Origin: Eledone cirrhosa
Lineage: Eukaryota
Length of the DNA: 64,000 bases
NCBI GenBank assembly: GCA_964016885.1
Contig: OZ024749.1
Span: forward strand, 2,480,001-2,544,000
Direction of reading: 5' to 3'
Shown here in pieces: positions 26,233 to 40,821 of this stretch. Numbering within the stretch: position 1 is the stretch's first letter; every line of letters begins with the position of its first letter. The translations under genes were made by a program, and so were the position numbers. A model generated the notes under the pieces. That model made no database searches. It saw only the letters and a list, made by a program, of their open reading frames with translations, and was not told where the DNA came from.

Positions 26233-27284
26233 GGCTAAGTTACATGATCATGATAATTGAGAAGTGGTGTGAACAACAGCTAAACATGGCCACTAACATA
26301 CTTGGACAAATTAATCATGGCGGAGACAATCTCCTATCGAGTTCTGAAGACAGCTGAGTTCTCTCAGAGAGCGAGAGAGGGGATGGGGAGAGAGAGAGAG
26401 AGTAAATGTGAAAACAATATAGAAGAATATCGATCCCTGGACTGACACTTTATTGTATTGAAATGATGAGAAACATAGTTCAGCTCTGTGGGTGTTAATC
26501 TCAGTGCTGAGATATTGGGAACAAACATTGTTCCGATAACTCTGCCCTCTCCCATCTTACACTGATGATGAGATAAAGTGAACAGTATATATTAAAGTAT
26601 AATTTCAGATTGTTTTATATGCAGATTGTCTAAATGATTTGTTTTATTCGTTCAAGCATTGGACCTGATAATAGACACCTTATTCTGAGGCCTTTTAATT
26701 ATTTAACCCTTAACGTCCTGTACCAGATGAAACCACATTAGCAAGACATTCTTGATGAATACAAAACAACACTATAAATGAATCTCGATCACGAGTGAGG
26801 TCTTTATTCTAATCTCTATATAAATTTGAGCGACTTCCGTCAGTCCGTCTGTCACATAATGTGTGTGTTTGTGTGAATGTATGTGTGTATAAAAGGAAGG
26901 AAGGGGATGGTGAAAAAACTATAGCAAAACAACGACTGGTGTTACATGTCCTACGCTATGTGTGAGTGTATGTGTATGTGTGCGTTTGTATAAATGTATG
27001 TGGTTGTTTGTGTGAATGTATGTGTATTTGTGTGAATGTATGCCTGTGAGTGTGTATTCTTGTGTGTCTGTATTTGCGCGTTTATATTTATATACCCGTA
27101 CATATACAAATGTATGCATATATGCATACATGCGTACACACACGCACACACATATACACTTACGCGTCAACGTGTTCAAGTGAATCTTAGTACTGTAAAC
27201 TTTCACAAGGATCCTGATCTATTTATTAGGAAAAATACTCTAAACAAACCCGTTTTAAAAATATTTTCTGCTCTTTTGTGGTAT

Positions 27285-27530
27285 ATAGTTACACCCCTTT
27301 ACGTTCTGAGTTCAAATCTCGCCGAGATTTGCTTTAATTTTCATTCTTAAGGAGTTGATAAAAGTAATCCCCCAAAATTGTTGTTCTTGCACGTAAATTA
27401 TAAACTATTATTAACTTTCATACTTAAAGAGTTAATACAATAAAGTACCAGTAATGCACTGGGTCGATTTAATTGACTTTCTCCTCCCGCAAAATCTCTG
27501 GCAGTGTGCCTGAATCAGAATCCGTTATTT
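27285..27530 (+). mobile_element. Degenerate SINE fragments
   Basis: ctgagttcaaatctcgccgag, taaagtaccagtaatg. Confidence 0.75.
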
Positions 27531-27570
27531 TTCCTTTATTAATGCGACTTAAGGTCTTAAACACGTACAT

Positions 27571-28295
27571 AATATATGCTGACCATTAAAGCACGTCCAT
27601 AACATATGCTGACCATTAAAATTTGTATATATGCTGACCATTAAAACACGCACATAATATATGCTGACCATTAAAACACGCACATAATATATGCTGACCA
27701 TTAAAACACGTATATAACATATGCTGACCATTAAAACACGTACATAATATATGCTGACCATTAAAACACGTACATAATATATGCTGACAATTAAAATACG
27801 TACATAACATATGCTCACCATTAAAACACGTACATAACATATGCTGACCATTAAAACACGTACATAACATATGCTGACCATTAAAACACGTACATAATAT
27901 ATGCTGACCATTAAAACACGCACATAATATATGCTGACCATGAAAACACGTATATAATATATGCTCACCATTAAAACACGTACATAATATAATCTGACCA
28001 TTAAAACACGTACATAATATATGCTTACCATTAAAACACGTACACAATATATGCTCACCATTAAAACACGTACATAACATATGCTCACCATTAAAACACG
28101 TACATAACATATGCTGACCATTAAAACACGTACATAACATATGCTGACCATTAAAACACGTACATAATATATGCTCACCATTAAAAGACGTACATAATAT
28201 AATCTGACCATTAAAACACGTACATAACATATGCCGACCATTAAAACACGTACACAATATATGCTCACCATTAAAACACCTACATAATATATGCA
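27571..28295. repeat. 30-bp minisatellite, ~24 copies
   Basis: atgctgaccattaaaacacgtacataatat. Confidence 0.98.
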
Positions 28296-28329
28296 CAGCA
28301 TGACGTCATATGAGCTGAGACAGAGAGTA

Positions 28330-28522
28330 AATTGCACAGGTTGGCAGTTGAAAGAAGTTCCAATTTCTCTGATGATATAATGATATGTGTTGTATTCAGT
28401 TGTTTGATGTATGTTGTTAACTTGACAGGAGTAGAGCCAAGGGCAGCAATTATTATTGGCACAACTTTACTTCATATGATCCATATTCTGGAAATTTCCA
28501 ACCAAAGTTCCAAATTGATAAC
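28330..28522 (-). pseudogene. R4/Dong-like (restriction-like endonuclease) non-LTR retrotransposon C-terminal fragment
   Basis: LEISRIW..*SKVVPIIIAALGSTP...LLSTANL resembles the EIxRLW..VVPVVIGALG..LLGTA end of R4-clade ORFs. Confidence 0.6.
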
Positions 28523-28525
28523 ACC

Positions 28526-28527
28526 AT

Positions 28528-28580
<53 letters not shown>

Positions 28581-28605
28581 TTTCTATTATTACTACTACT
28601 ACTAT

Positions 28606-28637
<32 letters not shown>

Positions 28638-28644
28638 TTACTAT

Positions 28645-28691
<47 letters not shown>

Positions 28692-28728
28692 TTATTACTA
28701 CTACTACTACTACTACTACTATTATTAT

Positions 28729-28778
<50 letters not shown>

Positions 28779-28779
28779 A
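28526..28779. repeat. (TAC)n/(TAT)n microsatellite
   Basis: Direct reading. Confidence 0.99.
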
Positions 28780-28789
28780 TGTTAATAAT

Positions 28790-30165
28790 AAGGGTTTCTG
28801 ATTTAAGCACAAGGTCAACAATTTCGGGGTAGGCGAAAGTTGATTAAATCGACCCCAGTTCAGTACTGGTACTTTATTTTACCGAACCCGTAAAGATGAA
28901 AGGCAAAGCTAACCTCGACTGGATTTGAACTCAGAACGTAAAGAGCCATAACTCTATACCATAAACCATGCTGTCCGATGCTCTACCTATACTGCCAAAC
29001 AATAAAACAAATAATAATGGTTTCTAATCCAGAAAATGTAGGAGGGGGGGGGGGGTAGTTGAACTCCCGCCGCCAAACTTGGTTGATACTTTATGTCTTT
29101 CAGGTCGGAAGGGTGAAACGGAAAGGTGACAGCAGCGGGATATGAAGGGAAAACGTTGAGAAAGAAGAAGAAGAAGAAGAAGAAGAAGAAGAAGAAGAAG
29201 AAGAAGAAGAAGAAAAAGAAGAAGAAGAAAAAAAAGAAAAAGAAAAAGAAAAAGAAAAAGAAAAAGAAGAAGAAGAAGAAGAAGGCTGTATGTGGTGGGA
29301 GGATTAAGTGGATGTTGATACTGGGGTGGTACTTTAGTGAACGCAGGAGGATGTCACAGCGACATTGGTGGACGTACAATGACGGAGCTTCCAACAGCAA
29401 GAACAACTACAGGTTTCTAGTTTTGGTGTTATTAGCCCCGTGCCTATAGAAGAAACCATTCTTATTAAAGCGTGGGATATCATGTTTTGCGGCATAGAGT
29501 AACGGCCTTTTACGTTCTGAGTTCAAATCCCGCCGAGGTAAGCTTTGCCTTTCATCCTTAAGGGGTTAATAGAATAAAGTATCAGTAACGTACTGAGGTC
29601 GATTTAATCGAATTTCCCCTCCCCCAAATTGCTAGCCTTGTGCCTAAATCAAAAATCATTGTTACTATTGTTGTGTTTGTATCTCTTTACAATGATGAGG
29701 ACAAAAATAATAATGTTTTCTGATTTATGCCCAAGAACAGCAATGTTTAAGGGGGGTCGTTTAAATCGAACCTGTGCATTACTGGTACTTTATTTGACGA
29801 ATCCCGACAGGATGAAAGGCAATGCTAAAGGTAAAACAGAATTTGAACTCAGAACGTAAATGGATGTAAGAGTAAGTCGCAAAGCATGTTGTCCGACGCT
29901 CTACCGAGACTGCTAATCCGCCGCCCTGACGAAAACAATTATAACAAGAATAGGTGTTTCTATATTGGACGTAAGGTCATTAATTTGAAGGGCAAAGTCG
30001 ATTATATTGACCTCAGTACTTGTTTGGTGATTTATTTTATCGATCACTTGAATGGTGGAAATCAAAGTTAACCTCGGCGGGATTTGAACTTTAGAACGTA
30101 GAGAGCTGGAACTAATACCGTAAAGTGTTTTATCCAATTTGGTACCGGTTCCAAGAAATCATCGA
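28790..30165. mobile_element. Cluster of SINE copies (~28790-29000 -, ~29470-29665 +, ~29710-29930 -, ~29960-30165 -) plus (AAG)n at 29161-29284
   Basis: Repeated family motifs gatgaaaggcaaag / gagttcaaatcccgccgagg. Confidence 0.85.
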
Positions 30166-30211
30166 TCTAACAACAGTAAAATCAACACAAACGACAACAC
30201 AAACACCAACA

Positions 30212-30269
<58 letters not shown>

Positions 30270-31984
30270 TTAATGATAATAATAAGCATCTTGTCGCAGA
30301 AAGACACGGTCTTTGAGTTCATTTGTATTACATTCCTTCTATTAATAATAAATATGCTAATTCCAACATCTTGTATTGGTTGCGTTTCTTTGACGGCAGA
30401 TACGGCCCACAAGCTTGAAATGAATCCTTTGTTCGTTGGGTCTACTGGAAAATTTCAAAGGAGAGATTGCATGCGAGAGGTTAACTCCAGCATCTCAACC
30501 AATGGAATCACACTGAGAATGATTTACTTTGAATTTTAATCGAGATCTCTGTGGAAACGGTCTCTTCTCTTTTACAGCAAATCCTTCCAATATTTCACAG
30601 TCTTCCATTGATGTTTTATCATCATCAGCGTCTTCTTGTCCTCTCTATCTTCTTCATATTACCCCCTCCTTCTTCTTCTCCAAACCCACCTCATTTTTCG
30701 CTCTCCGGTGTTCCTTTCTTTTCACTTTTATCCCGTCTTTCTTTCCTTCATTTCTCCCTTTCTTCTATACCCTTTCTTCTATATCCATTTCGTTTTCTTC
30801 TTCTTCCTTTCATTTTTTTAGTTCTTTTTTTCTTATTTCATTATTTAATGTTATATTTCTTTCATCTGACCTCTCTCTCTCTCTCCCTCATATAATCTCC
30901 CTCTCTCTCTCTCTCTCTCTCCCTCATATAATCTCCCTCTCTCTGTCCCTCATATAATCTCTCTCTCTCTCTCACTCATGTAATCTCTCTCTCTCTCTCT
31001 CTCTTCCAAATAGAATCTCTCTCTCTCTCTCACTCATATAATCTCTCTCTCTCTCTTCCTCATATAATCTCTCTCTCTCTCACTCTCAGTCTCTCTAAGA
31101 TTCTATACATTTTTCACTCTTACCCTCCCACTCTCCTTCCCTCTCACAACTTATCTCTCCCACCACACACTCAACTCACACACCAATGCTCATCTCTTAA
31201 TCTTTCTTACAGTCTTACTCCACCTTCCCACCATACCATCTCTCTCAGACACCCTTACACAGTCTCCTGACTTACAATCTATCTCACCCTACCTACATAT
31301 ATACCCTCACTCGAATAACAACACACACAGACACACACACACACACACAACTTTGAACATTTATTTATATCTTTCAAACTACAACAAACAATCAATGAAA
31401 CACTTTTCTTTTTTTTCCATTCGTATTTCTTAGAAAAACTGCCGTTAACTAGTTTACAAGTGAGAGATCAATGAAGTGATCGACATCAAATATCTATTGA
31501 TTTAGAAGCAGATCACTAACAACTTTTAAGCAACAAACACAAATAAACATATGGAAAAAAGAGAAAAACACATTAAAAAATAAATTAAAACCAATTAAAA
31601 ATCACCAGAAAATTATATAAAATTAAACGAATTAAAATAGAAAGAAAACTTAAACTATTTAAAAATAAATAAATACATTTAATTTCAGGTGAGGTTGTCG
31701 AATTAAGAATGGTTAGGTAACATGAGGTGGGATGGTCTCATTGAGGATCTAGCCGGATCAGTTGTAGACGATTCTTTCTGACTACCCACTAGAAAGATTA
31801 TTTAAAGAATCTGCTCCCACGTACCTCTGAGGAATAAACGGGCGAAGAATAAGAATAAAAATGCGAGGTTTCAGGTTCGTTCCCCATCGAGTCACTTTGG
31901 TCAAATGGTTTCTACCAAAAACTCTTGAGTTGATCAATAACTTCTGTGTGAAATTTGGTATGGAAACTACATAGAAACTCGTCG

Positions 31985-32047
<63 letters not shown>

Positions 32048-32049
<2 letters not shown>

Positions 32050-32170
32050 CGAAGGAAATGTGGTAAGGAACCAGATGGACCAAAGTACTCAATACTTAGG
32101 ATAGTAGAGTGCGTAATAGGAACAAGTATGACCCTGACAGCAGAGCTCTGCCGTCGGGGTCATACTTGTT

Positions 32171-32174
<4 letters not shown>
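32048..32174 (-). mobile_element. Fold-back cassette family F
   Basis: Reverse complement of the 7340-7437 tail; hairpin 32117-32174 with apex gcagagctctgc; (TA)n both sides. Confidence 0.88.
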
Positions 32175-32221
<47 letters not shown>

Positions 32222-32226
<5 letters not shown>

Positions 32227-32352
32227 TTTCTACTTTTCGCACAAGGCCAGCAATTATTCCAGTGTAATACTGGTAAATTTTTATCGACCCCGTAAGGATG
32301 AAAGGCAAAGTTAACCTCGACGGGATTTGAAATCAGACCGTAAAGGGCCATA
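32222..32352 (-). mobile_element. SINE fragment
   Basis: atcgaccccgtaaggatgaaaggcaaagttaacctcg. Confidence 0.85.
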
Positions 32353-33439
32353 ATATATATATATATATATATATAATAAGAGTAGTTAAGACGGGATTAT
32401 TTCACCATAATTGTTTATTGCATGATATATATTTCTGTTACATGGTTATGAATGTGACTTGATCAGATGCTTACGCAATCGTACATACAATTATGCAAAC
32501 GTTGGGATATGCTGCTGGCCATGTATAAGGTCCTGTTGTGAAGGCAGCAGGCATATGGACGGCTACTCTAACCACCCACCCTCACTCATGGTTCTATCCC
32601 TGTATTCCCCGGTGCTATGACGGAGACAAGTAAAGAAATAAAACATTAAATGAAATATATGCATTCATACAAAGTCCCGCAACTCTTGAGGCAGTCGTAG
32701 GGGCGCCGTAATGAGAAATGGTTTTTAAGGTTATTTTCTTAAAACTGGTGAAGCCGATCTTCTCTACATACATGAATACATCATATATTTCCCAAACGGG
32801 GATAAAGATTAAAAGTGAGAAAGTGAGAAAGATTTAGAGGAAGAATCTACCCCAGCAAATGACTGGTTCATTTATCTGGACCTCGAATCATTGAAAAGAA
32901 CTTTTTTGGAGAACCGAAACAGTGCAAAGCAGTCCAAGCTTCTAAGGACTCTCCCAATTTGCCGCCTTGTAGCTTATATGAGACCCACGCAAATAATCAG
33001 CGATTCACAAATCTAACAAATCTTTTGAGAATCTATACTTCACGTTTATTGATTGTTTGCTTAAGTTAAATAGCTTGATTTGTGGATGTTATATTTGATG
33101 GTATTTTTCAGTTACTGATATTGTTGTTGTTGTTGTTGTTATTTGTAGTGCTGTTGGTGGAGAATGTAGCCCCATCGTTGACACAAATCAATTCTGAGTA
33201 AACATGATGATCAATAAAACTCCAACCATGACCATCCCCGTTAATCTTCTTGTGTGGAGCCCCGACCACATTACCTAACGTGTCTATTTTTCAGAAGGGT
33301 TGAGTGTGATTGAGGTAGTAGTAGATTAGTGTTAATAACAATAACGCCCATGATGACCATCAGGATTAATATAATCTTGGTTATGGTCACGGAAACTATC
33401 ATGATATTTTCCGTAACTAATCCTCTATAGATCTCGAGA

Positions 33440-33771
33440 GAGGATGTTCCAGTGAACGCACTGGCCGCCTGGGAGAGGGCAGTTAGCACCTGGAAACATC
33501 CCATATGCCACACGCCCGGTCTCCATTTCTTCTTGACCCATGACTGCAGCTCAGTCGAAGAGACGAGCCGTGGAAAGGCGTGTCTCACAAACGGTGCTCC
33601 ACCTGTTCACCGTTTAAGCAGAATATTAAGCTTCAGTACATGTTTGGCAGCATTAGCCACGGCATGCCCAGCCCACCACGTAGAGGGTCTGGCAGCAGAT
33701 GGACCAACAGAACCTGTCCACAAGTAGGTGAAGAGGAGACTTTCCAATTTGGCGAGGCGCGAACGGGAGCG
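33440..33771 (-). pseudogene. L1/Tx1-like LINE ORF2 fragment (post-RT region)
   Basis: Minus strand LAKLESLLFTYLWTG...PLRGGLGMPWL (frameshifted), a GGLG motif typical of L1/Tx1 ORF2. Confidence 0.6.
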
Positions 33772-34706
33772 AGACACGACTGTCATATGACAGTAGATGA
33801 GGGACGGGATCTAGACACGACTGTCATGTGACAGTAGATGAGGGACGGGATCTAGACACGACTGTCATGTGACAGTAGATGAGGGACGGGATCTAGACAC
33901 GACTGTCATGTGACAGTAGATGAGGGACGGGAGCGGGACACGACTGTCAGGTGACAGTGGATGAGGGACGGGATCTAGACACGACTGTCATGTGACAGTA
34001 GATGAGGGACGGGAGCTAGACACGACTGTCAGGTGACAGTAGATGAGGGACGGGAGAGGGACACGACTGTCAGGTGACAGTAGATGAGGGACGGGAGAGG
34101 GACACGACTGTCAGGTGACAGTGGATGAGGGACGGGAGCGGGACACGACTGTCATGTGACAGTAGATGAGGGACGGGATCTAGACACGACTGTCATGTGA
34201 CAGTAGATGAGGGACGGGATCTAGACACGACTGTCATGTGACAGTAGATGAGGGACGGGAGAGGGACACGACTGTCAGGTGACAGTAGATGAGGGACGGG
34301 ATCTAGACACGACTGTCAGGTGACAGTAGATGAGGGACGGGATCTAGACACGACTGTCATGTGACAGTAGATGAGGGACGGGATCTAGACACGACTGTCA
34401 TGTGACAGTAGATGAGGGACGGGATCTAGACACGACTGTCAGGTGACAGTAGATGAGGGACGGGATCTAGACACGACTGTCATGTGACAGTAGATGAGGG
34501 ACGGGATCTAGACACGACTGTCATGTGACAGTAGATGAGGGACGGGAGAGGGACACGACTGTCAGGTGACAGTAGATGAGGGACGGGATCTAGACACGAC
34601 TGTCAGGTGACAGTAGATGAGGGACGGGATCTAGACACGACTGTCATGTGACAGTAGATGAGGGACGGGATCTAGACACGACTGTCATGTGACAGTAGAT
34701 GAGGGA
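33772..34706. repeat. 41-bp minisatellite, ~23 copies, with internal palindrome
   Basis: agacacg-actgtca-tg-tgacagt-agatgagggacgggatct. Confidence 0.98.
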
Positions 34707-35247
34707 AACGATGTACGAGTTCACCAATAATAATGATAATGTTGATAACAATATTACTCATCATCATCATCAAGATGACAATAATGTAAATATTACTAAA
34801 ATGGCTTCTTAGATCATAATAAGGTTTGAAAGGTGAAAGGATCATTGATAGCAATTGACTTGTTTAACATTAACCCTAATCGAAATTCGATATTTAATTT
34901 ACAAAAAATCGAATTTCGATTTTGTTGCGAATTTCTATACCAAAGTTGTTATTTTTCTGCCAACTTAGGAAATATTAGAGTTTCCCTTCAAATATATGAA
35001 AATGTGAGTGGGGTTCCCAGGGGAAGTATTGTAGAGACAGACTTACGTAGGCAGAAATATGCTATGACATTAATGGTTAGGGTTAGTAACTAGTATTACA
35101 GGTGTATGATTGCCATGATGTCATGGAGCGTGACGCCTGTGTAACTGAAACCTGGCCGAGTCCATCACTAATATTTCCTCCTAAGAAAGAGTGGTAGTCG
35201 GAGAGGAGATTTTAGAAAGTCGTCCACATACATATACACACACACAA

Positions 35248-35294
<47 letters not shown>

Positions 35295-35522
35295 ACCTAT
35301 CACTTAGTGGTTTCTTTCTCTTTCTCTTTGTCTCTTTTCTTTTTTCTTTTTTTTTCTTCTCTTTCTCTTTTTCTTGTTTTCTTATTTTCCTCTTAGAGTT
35401 TGCTCTTTTTTCTCTTTCTTTTCTTTCCCTTTTTCCATACCCCAACGGCTTATTTTAAATCTACCGTGATTTAAACATATCCGACACTAATTTGCATAAT
35501 AGACTAAATAAATGTAATAACC

Positions 35523-35796
35523 CCACTATCCGGGATCTTCCAACCGACATGGTCGCATTCTTTAAGGGTATGTCAATATTTATTTATAAAACTGCTCTAT
35601 ATTATATTTTATCTGATGAAAGCACACCATAATTTAACTTGGTGTCCTTCAAATATGTATAATGAAATAAATATGGTTTTATAAATATAGTTTCCATTTG
35701 TTAATATCGTATTTTTACTCCAATAATTTGTTGAGTGCTTTATATCAGTTATAAAAATATTTGCTTGTTGTATCCCAACAATTTAAATAGAACTTC

Positions 35797-35798
<2 letters not shown>
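35523..35798 (+). mobile_element. Family H cassette, single arm (close copy at 62110-62392); hammerhead core mutated (GAAA>CAAA)
   Basis: tattttat-ctgatga-aagcacacc...ggtgtcctt-caaa-tatgta-ta-atgaaata; ends at (TA)n. Confidence 0.85.
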
Positions 35799-35853
<55 letters not shown>

Positions 35854-37536
35854 ATGAGAGAGAGAGAGAAAGAGAGACAAAGATGGAGAAAGAGAGAAAG
35901 AGAGAGAAGACAGGTACGAAGTATCGCTTCCATTATTGGACAGATACTTTTTCTGTCGATAACAAAATGATGGGAGTCTAAGTTCACCTCGGAGGGAACG
36001 GAACTGGGAGTGCAGAGCCATTTTATCCTAGGTTTAATGACTCTGCCAATTTGCCAACATATGCAATATAAACGTAAGTTCATCTGATGAAATCGCACCC
36101 ATACAAGCAACAAATGCAACTACTGTACTTTGAATGTATACGAGATGCCATATAAATAGTTATAATGAATAAACGCTTTCTGTAAATACACCATCTTTCC
36201 TAATGTTATCCTTATACTGAACCCCCATCTTAACTACACATACGAACGTAGAGAGATTTCTCCTGCTGGCTCCTGTTTTTACCAAAGTGGCAACCTAGCT
36301 CACACGGATAAAGACATTTTTCTCTGGACACACACACACAGACACACAAACATATATATATATGGTGTATATATATGTATATAACTATAATAATATAAAG
36401 GAACAAGGAATCAGAGTTGCAACATATTTAATTACATATGTTTCACTGTCCATCAGCTCGAGGAACGATCGATTAATGATCGATCCTGACTCAGGAATCG
36501 GAAGCTCCTGAGATATGTTTTCACATGTAGACTCGCGCCTGAGACTGGTTGGATATTTTGCGCCTCTAATGTATATATATATACTTTTTTATACATAGAG
36601 CACTCTTCTTTCCTTTACATTTACTGTAGAAATACTCGACACACACACAGACACAGATACACACACACACATACACACACACATATATATACACTATATA
36701 TATTTGCGAATCATGAGTAAATTGAAGACGAAAATAAATAAATTGTTTGATAAATGACTGGGAAAATATGCGAGCGATGCAGATGTGTGAAATGGCTTGA
36801 GATATGTCAAGGTTATAATATGTAAACAGTATTAAATAGCAAATGTATTTAGTAATTATATTAATTATATTTCAGGTGAGCAGTTGAAACTATTGTCACA
36901 TCCCGACTGACGGAACTAAAACCTGTCCTTGTTGAGACTCTGGGACATTTTACGATTACTTTAATATTTTTACTCCATTATTTGTTTGCTGTATTTTCTG
37001 CCTTCTTCGACTTCATTTACATTGGTTCGTATGTTATTCTTATATATAGGTATCATGGAATTCATTTCACACTCTGCTTTACACGTTGTTGGTTCAAATA
37101 AATATATAAATATATAAAAAGAAACTATATTCCCAAGTTCTCTTGGGAATATAATATCTCCTGTTTCACATAATACATGAATATAGCGATATACAACAAC
37201 AATAAATTGAATGAAACAATTTAACATGTCTGCCATTGCTGCTGATTAAAAATAGATTTAAATTCAAATCAAGTAGTGAGTTATAGTTTCTAGCGAATAC
37301 TGGCTAGATCATGTGACATGGTTTCCTAATATATGGTTGGATGTCAATTATATTCAGTCGGATGTTTAATTCATATGGACTTTCATCGTAGTAAAAGACG
37401 TGGTGAGGTGCAAGAAGTCTCTAGACTAAGTCTATATAAAATATGATATATATATATATCATATTTTATATATATGTGTGTGAGTGTGTATATACGTGTG
37501 TGAGGTACAAGGCTTTACTAGGCATAAGTATGTATA

Positions 37537-37587
<51 letters not shown>

Positions 37588-37597
37588 CACGTGTGTA

Positions 37598-38077
37598 TAC
37601 TCTCAGGTCTCGAATAATCCTCCCCCAGCACGCTATCATTCCACCCCCTCCCCGCTTATTAAATTATGCTAATCTATCTTCGGCGAAATTTTATTTTAAG
37701 TAAAGTATTCCTACGACAATTAATTTTTTTATACATTAAAAAAAAATGACAAAAAAGATGGATATGTAAACTAAACGACTAATTCATTTTTTTTTTTTTA
37801 AATCAACTCAGACAACTTAGAAAAAAATACTGAATTTCCAACCCCTTCCAGTGATGCACCCCACTCCCGCTTATTCCCTTCCTAGACCTGTCAACTCTCC
37901 CCGTCCGACGGGGAGATCTCCGACCCACTTTGGGGGTAGGTGAAAGATGTCTTTCTCTTGTGAAAATGGGTATAGCTTTCATTATCTAAAATCTCCCTAC
38001 TTTGCTTTATTTCTCCCCGTTTGGGTTTAACGAGTTTGGTCTGCCTGCCCTCCCTAATTATTTGGGACCCGAGAGTA
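37598..38077. mobile_element. Tc1/mariner-type MITE with TA target duplication
   Basis: TA-ctctcaggtctcgaataat ... attatttgggacccgagag-TA imperfect TIRs. Confidence 0.7.
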
Positions 38078-38297
38078 CGTGTGTGTCGGAAACAATGCCT
38101 TATTTATATAGGGTTTATTAGGTTCTAATTTTAAATACCTCAGATCAAATTTGACATCCAGTCTTACGTGGGCTGCTGAAATGTAATATTATAGAAATAC
38201 TCAGATCGATAACATAGTTCCTTTCTTTCGAAATTGGAGATCTTCTCAGAAATCAATAGAGCTATATATATATAAGCTGTGTGTCCCCAAAAATGTA

Positions 38298-38435
38298 TAC
38301 AGGCTGTCTCCAAAAAGTGTATATACACCTTTTGGAGACAGCCTGTATATATACACACACATATATATATATCTACAGGCTGTCTCTTGAAATTATAATA
38401 TATATATATATATATAATAATTTCAGGAGATAGCC

Positions 38436-38468
<33 letters not shown>

Positions 38469-38500
38469 TTTTTTTTATATATTATAATTTCAGGAGACAG

Positions 38501-38503
<3 letters not shown>
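38298..38503. mobile_element. Cluster of tiny TA-CAGGCTGTCTC TIR elements
   Basis: tacaggctgtctccaaaaagtgt-atat-acaccttttggagacagcctgta (38298-38347); further TIR copies near 38374, 38425, 38491. Confidence 0.65.
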
Positions 38504-38599
<96 letters not shown>

Positions 38600-39269
38600 T
38601 CTTTTTCCTTTTTTTTTTTCATAATTTAGGAGCAGAAGAAAAGGTGGGATACATAAAAAAATTAAGATGAGTTCTTAGAACATTTTTCGAATACCGTTAC
38701 TTATCTCTGATCTAAATTTGTTTACACACACCCACACGCACACACACACACATACACACATACACACACATATATGCAAGAGACTTTTACAAAATATTCG
38801 TAAGGAATACAAAAAAAGTAAACGCTTTTCCCAAGTTTCTCTCACAGCTGGTATTTGTTGAGAAAATGGCGTTGTTTAAAATCAAAGTGGAATCACTCCA
38901 TATCTAATTACTGAGGCCGACGTTTTCTGCGCGTGTGAAGTCGAAATCAGATTATTTGCGCAAAACAGCTAAATTCACCTATATCTAATATCTATTTCTG
39001 ATATTTCTAAAACGACATATTGATGAGTAAAGGGAATGTCAACAGATCTGTGTTAAATATATTATTGATCAGAGAGAAAAGTGGGGTTTCGACCTCCGGC
39101 AGAGTATGATTTCAAGATGTAACAGGGAATTTAAACAACACGCCTTATTTAATGTCATAAACGATGAAACTTGTTTGTCGATACACTGTTTACATGAACA
39201 TTATTCTGGAAATTTTGCACGATAAAGATAAACAAAGATTAAAGCAAAATAAAATTAATTCCCTATAAA

Positions 39270-39460
39270 TAATTGTTTCTACTTTTGGCACAAGGCCAGC
39301 AACTAACCAGTGTATTACTTGTACTTTATTTTATCGACCCCGAAAGGATGAAAGGCAAAGTTAACCTCGGCGGGATTTGAACTCAGACCATAAAGGGCCG
39401 TAACTCTTTGCTGCAAAGCATGGCGTCTGACCCTCTACCGATACTGCCAATACACCGCCC
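39270..39460 (-). mobile_element. Full-length SINE
   Basis: Reverse complement of 15742-15937. Confidence 0.92.
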
Positions 39461-39672
39461 TATAAATAATAGACGTGAATGGAGGTTGTGTGTGTAGTAA
39501 TCCCTGTCACCCCCCACCACACACACAGAGACACACACAAACACATACACACAGACACACATGCACACATACATACACACACATACACACATACATACAC
39601 ACACACATACACACATATACACACATACATACACACACGCACATACACACACGCAAACACTTACACACACAC

Positions 39673-39706
<34 letters not shown>

Positions 39707-40128
39707 CTGTGGGTATATAAATGAATATATATATATATGTGTGTGTGTATTAATGAATGTATCCATATATATATGAGTGTATGTATTTATATGTGTATGT
39801 GCATGTATGTATGTATATATATATGTTTGTGTGTGTTTGTATATATGTGTGTGTGTGTGTGTGAGTGTATGTGTGTATATATATATATATATAGATATAT
39901 TGTGTGTGTGACTGTGACTGTATGTGCATTTATATATGTATATCTGCACGCAGATATACATATATATATATATATATATATGTAGGAGGTGAGTTTTATT
40001 GTAGTACAATAAAGCAATGCAGATATCGGATAAGAAGCACTCTACAGTTTGTGGGACTGGAGTATGCATAATATAAGATCAAAAGATGGTTAAAGGAGTT
40101 CAATATATTTTATTATGCGCATTTCAAA

Positions 40129-40173
<45 letters not shown>

Positions 40174-40310
40174 AATATAACTGATGTTCTAACATTGAGC
40201 TATTTCTCCTACTGGTAATAGGGTAGTAGGAAATTACTGACCTTTCCTGCTTATAGTTGTTTATACTATATACATAGCTATAAATAGTATTATATATATA
40301 TATATATATA

Positions 40311-40469
40311 TAGGAACAAGTAAGACCCCGACGGCTGAGCTCAAGCCGTTTCGACGGCTTGAGCTCAGCCGTCGGGGTCTTACTTGTTCCTATTACCCAC
40401 TCTACTACCCTAAGTATTGAGTACTTTGGTGCGTTATGGTCCACCTGGTTCCCTACCACATTTCCTTCG

Positions 40470-40471
<2 letters not shown>
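40311..40471 (+). mobile_element. Fold-back cassette family F
   Basis: Hairpin 40311-40392, same tail as 7340-7437, (TA)n both sides. Confidence 0.9.
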
Positions 40472-40528
<57 letters not shown>

Positions 40529-40748
40529 TAATTATTTCATTTACCAGTGGTAAATAAAATAATTATCTAATGTTGTTTATTACAAAACTAATAAGCTCTG
40601 TAGCCTATATAGAGCACTCTTTTTTCCTGTACCTTTCCGTCGGAATTACTTCATTTATATATATAAATACACAGACAATTTACACACACAAACACACACA
40701 TGTATCTTATAGTTAAATATGTACATGCATATGTTTGCATGTATACAG

Positions 40749-40807
<59 letters not shown>

Positions 40808-40821
40808 GACCAGTATATGCA

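Noticed and set aside
27549-28337. 262-aa and 226-aa repetitive ORFs (CFNGQHILCT)n
   Set aside because: A 30-bp unit that is open in two frames by chance; no splice or start context.
33772-34706. CRISPR-like array (regular palindromic repeats)
   Set aside because: No unique spacers, no cas genes, eukaryotic context; it is a plain tandem repeat.
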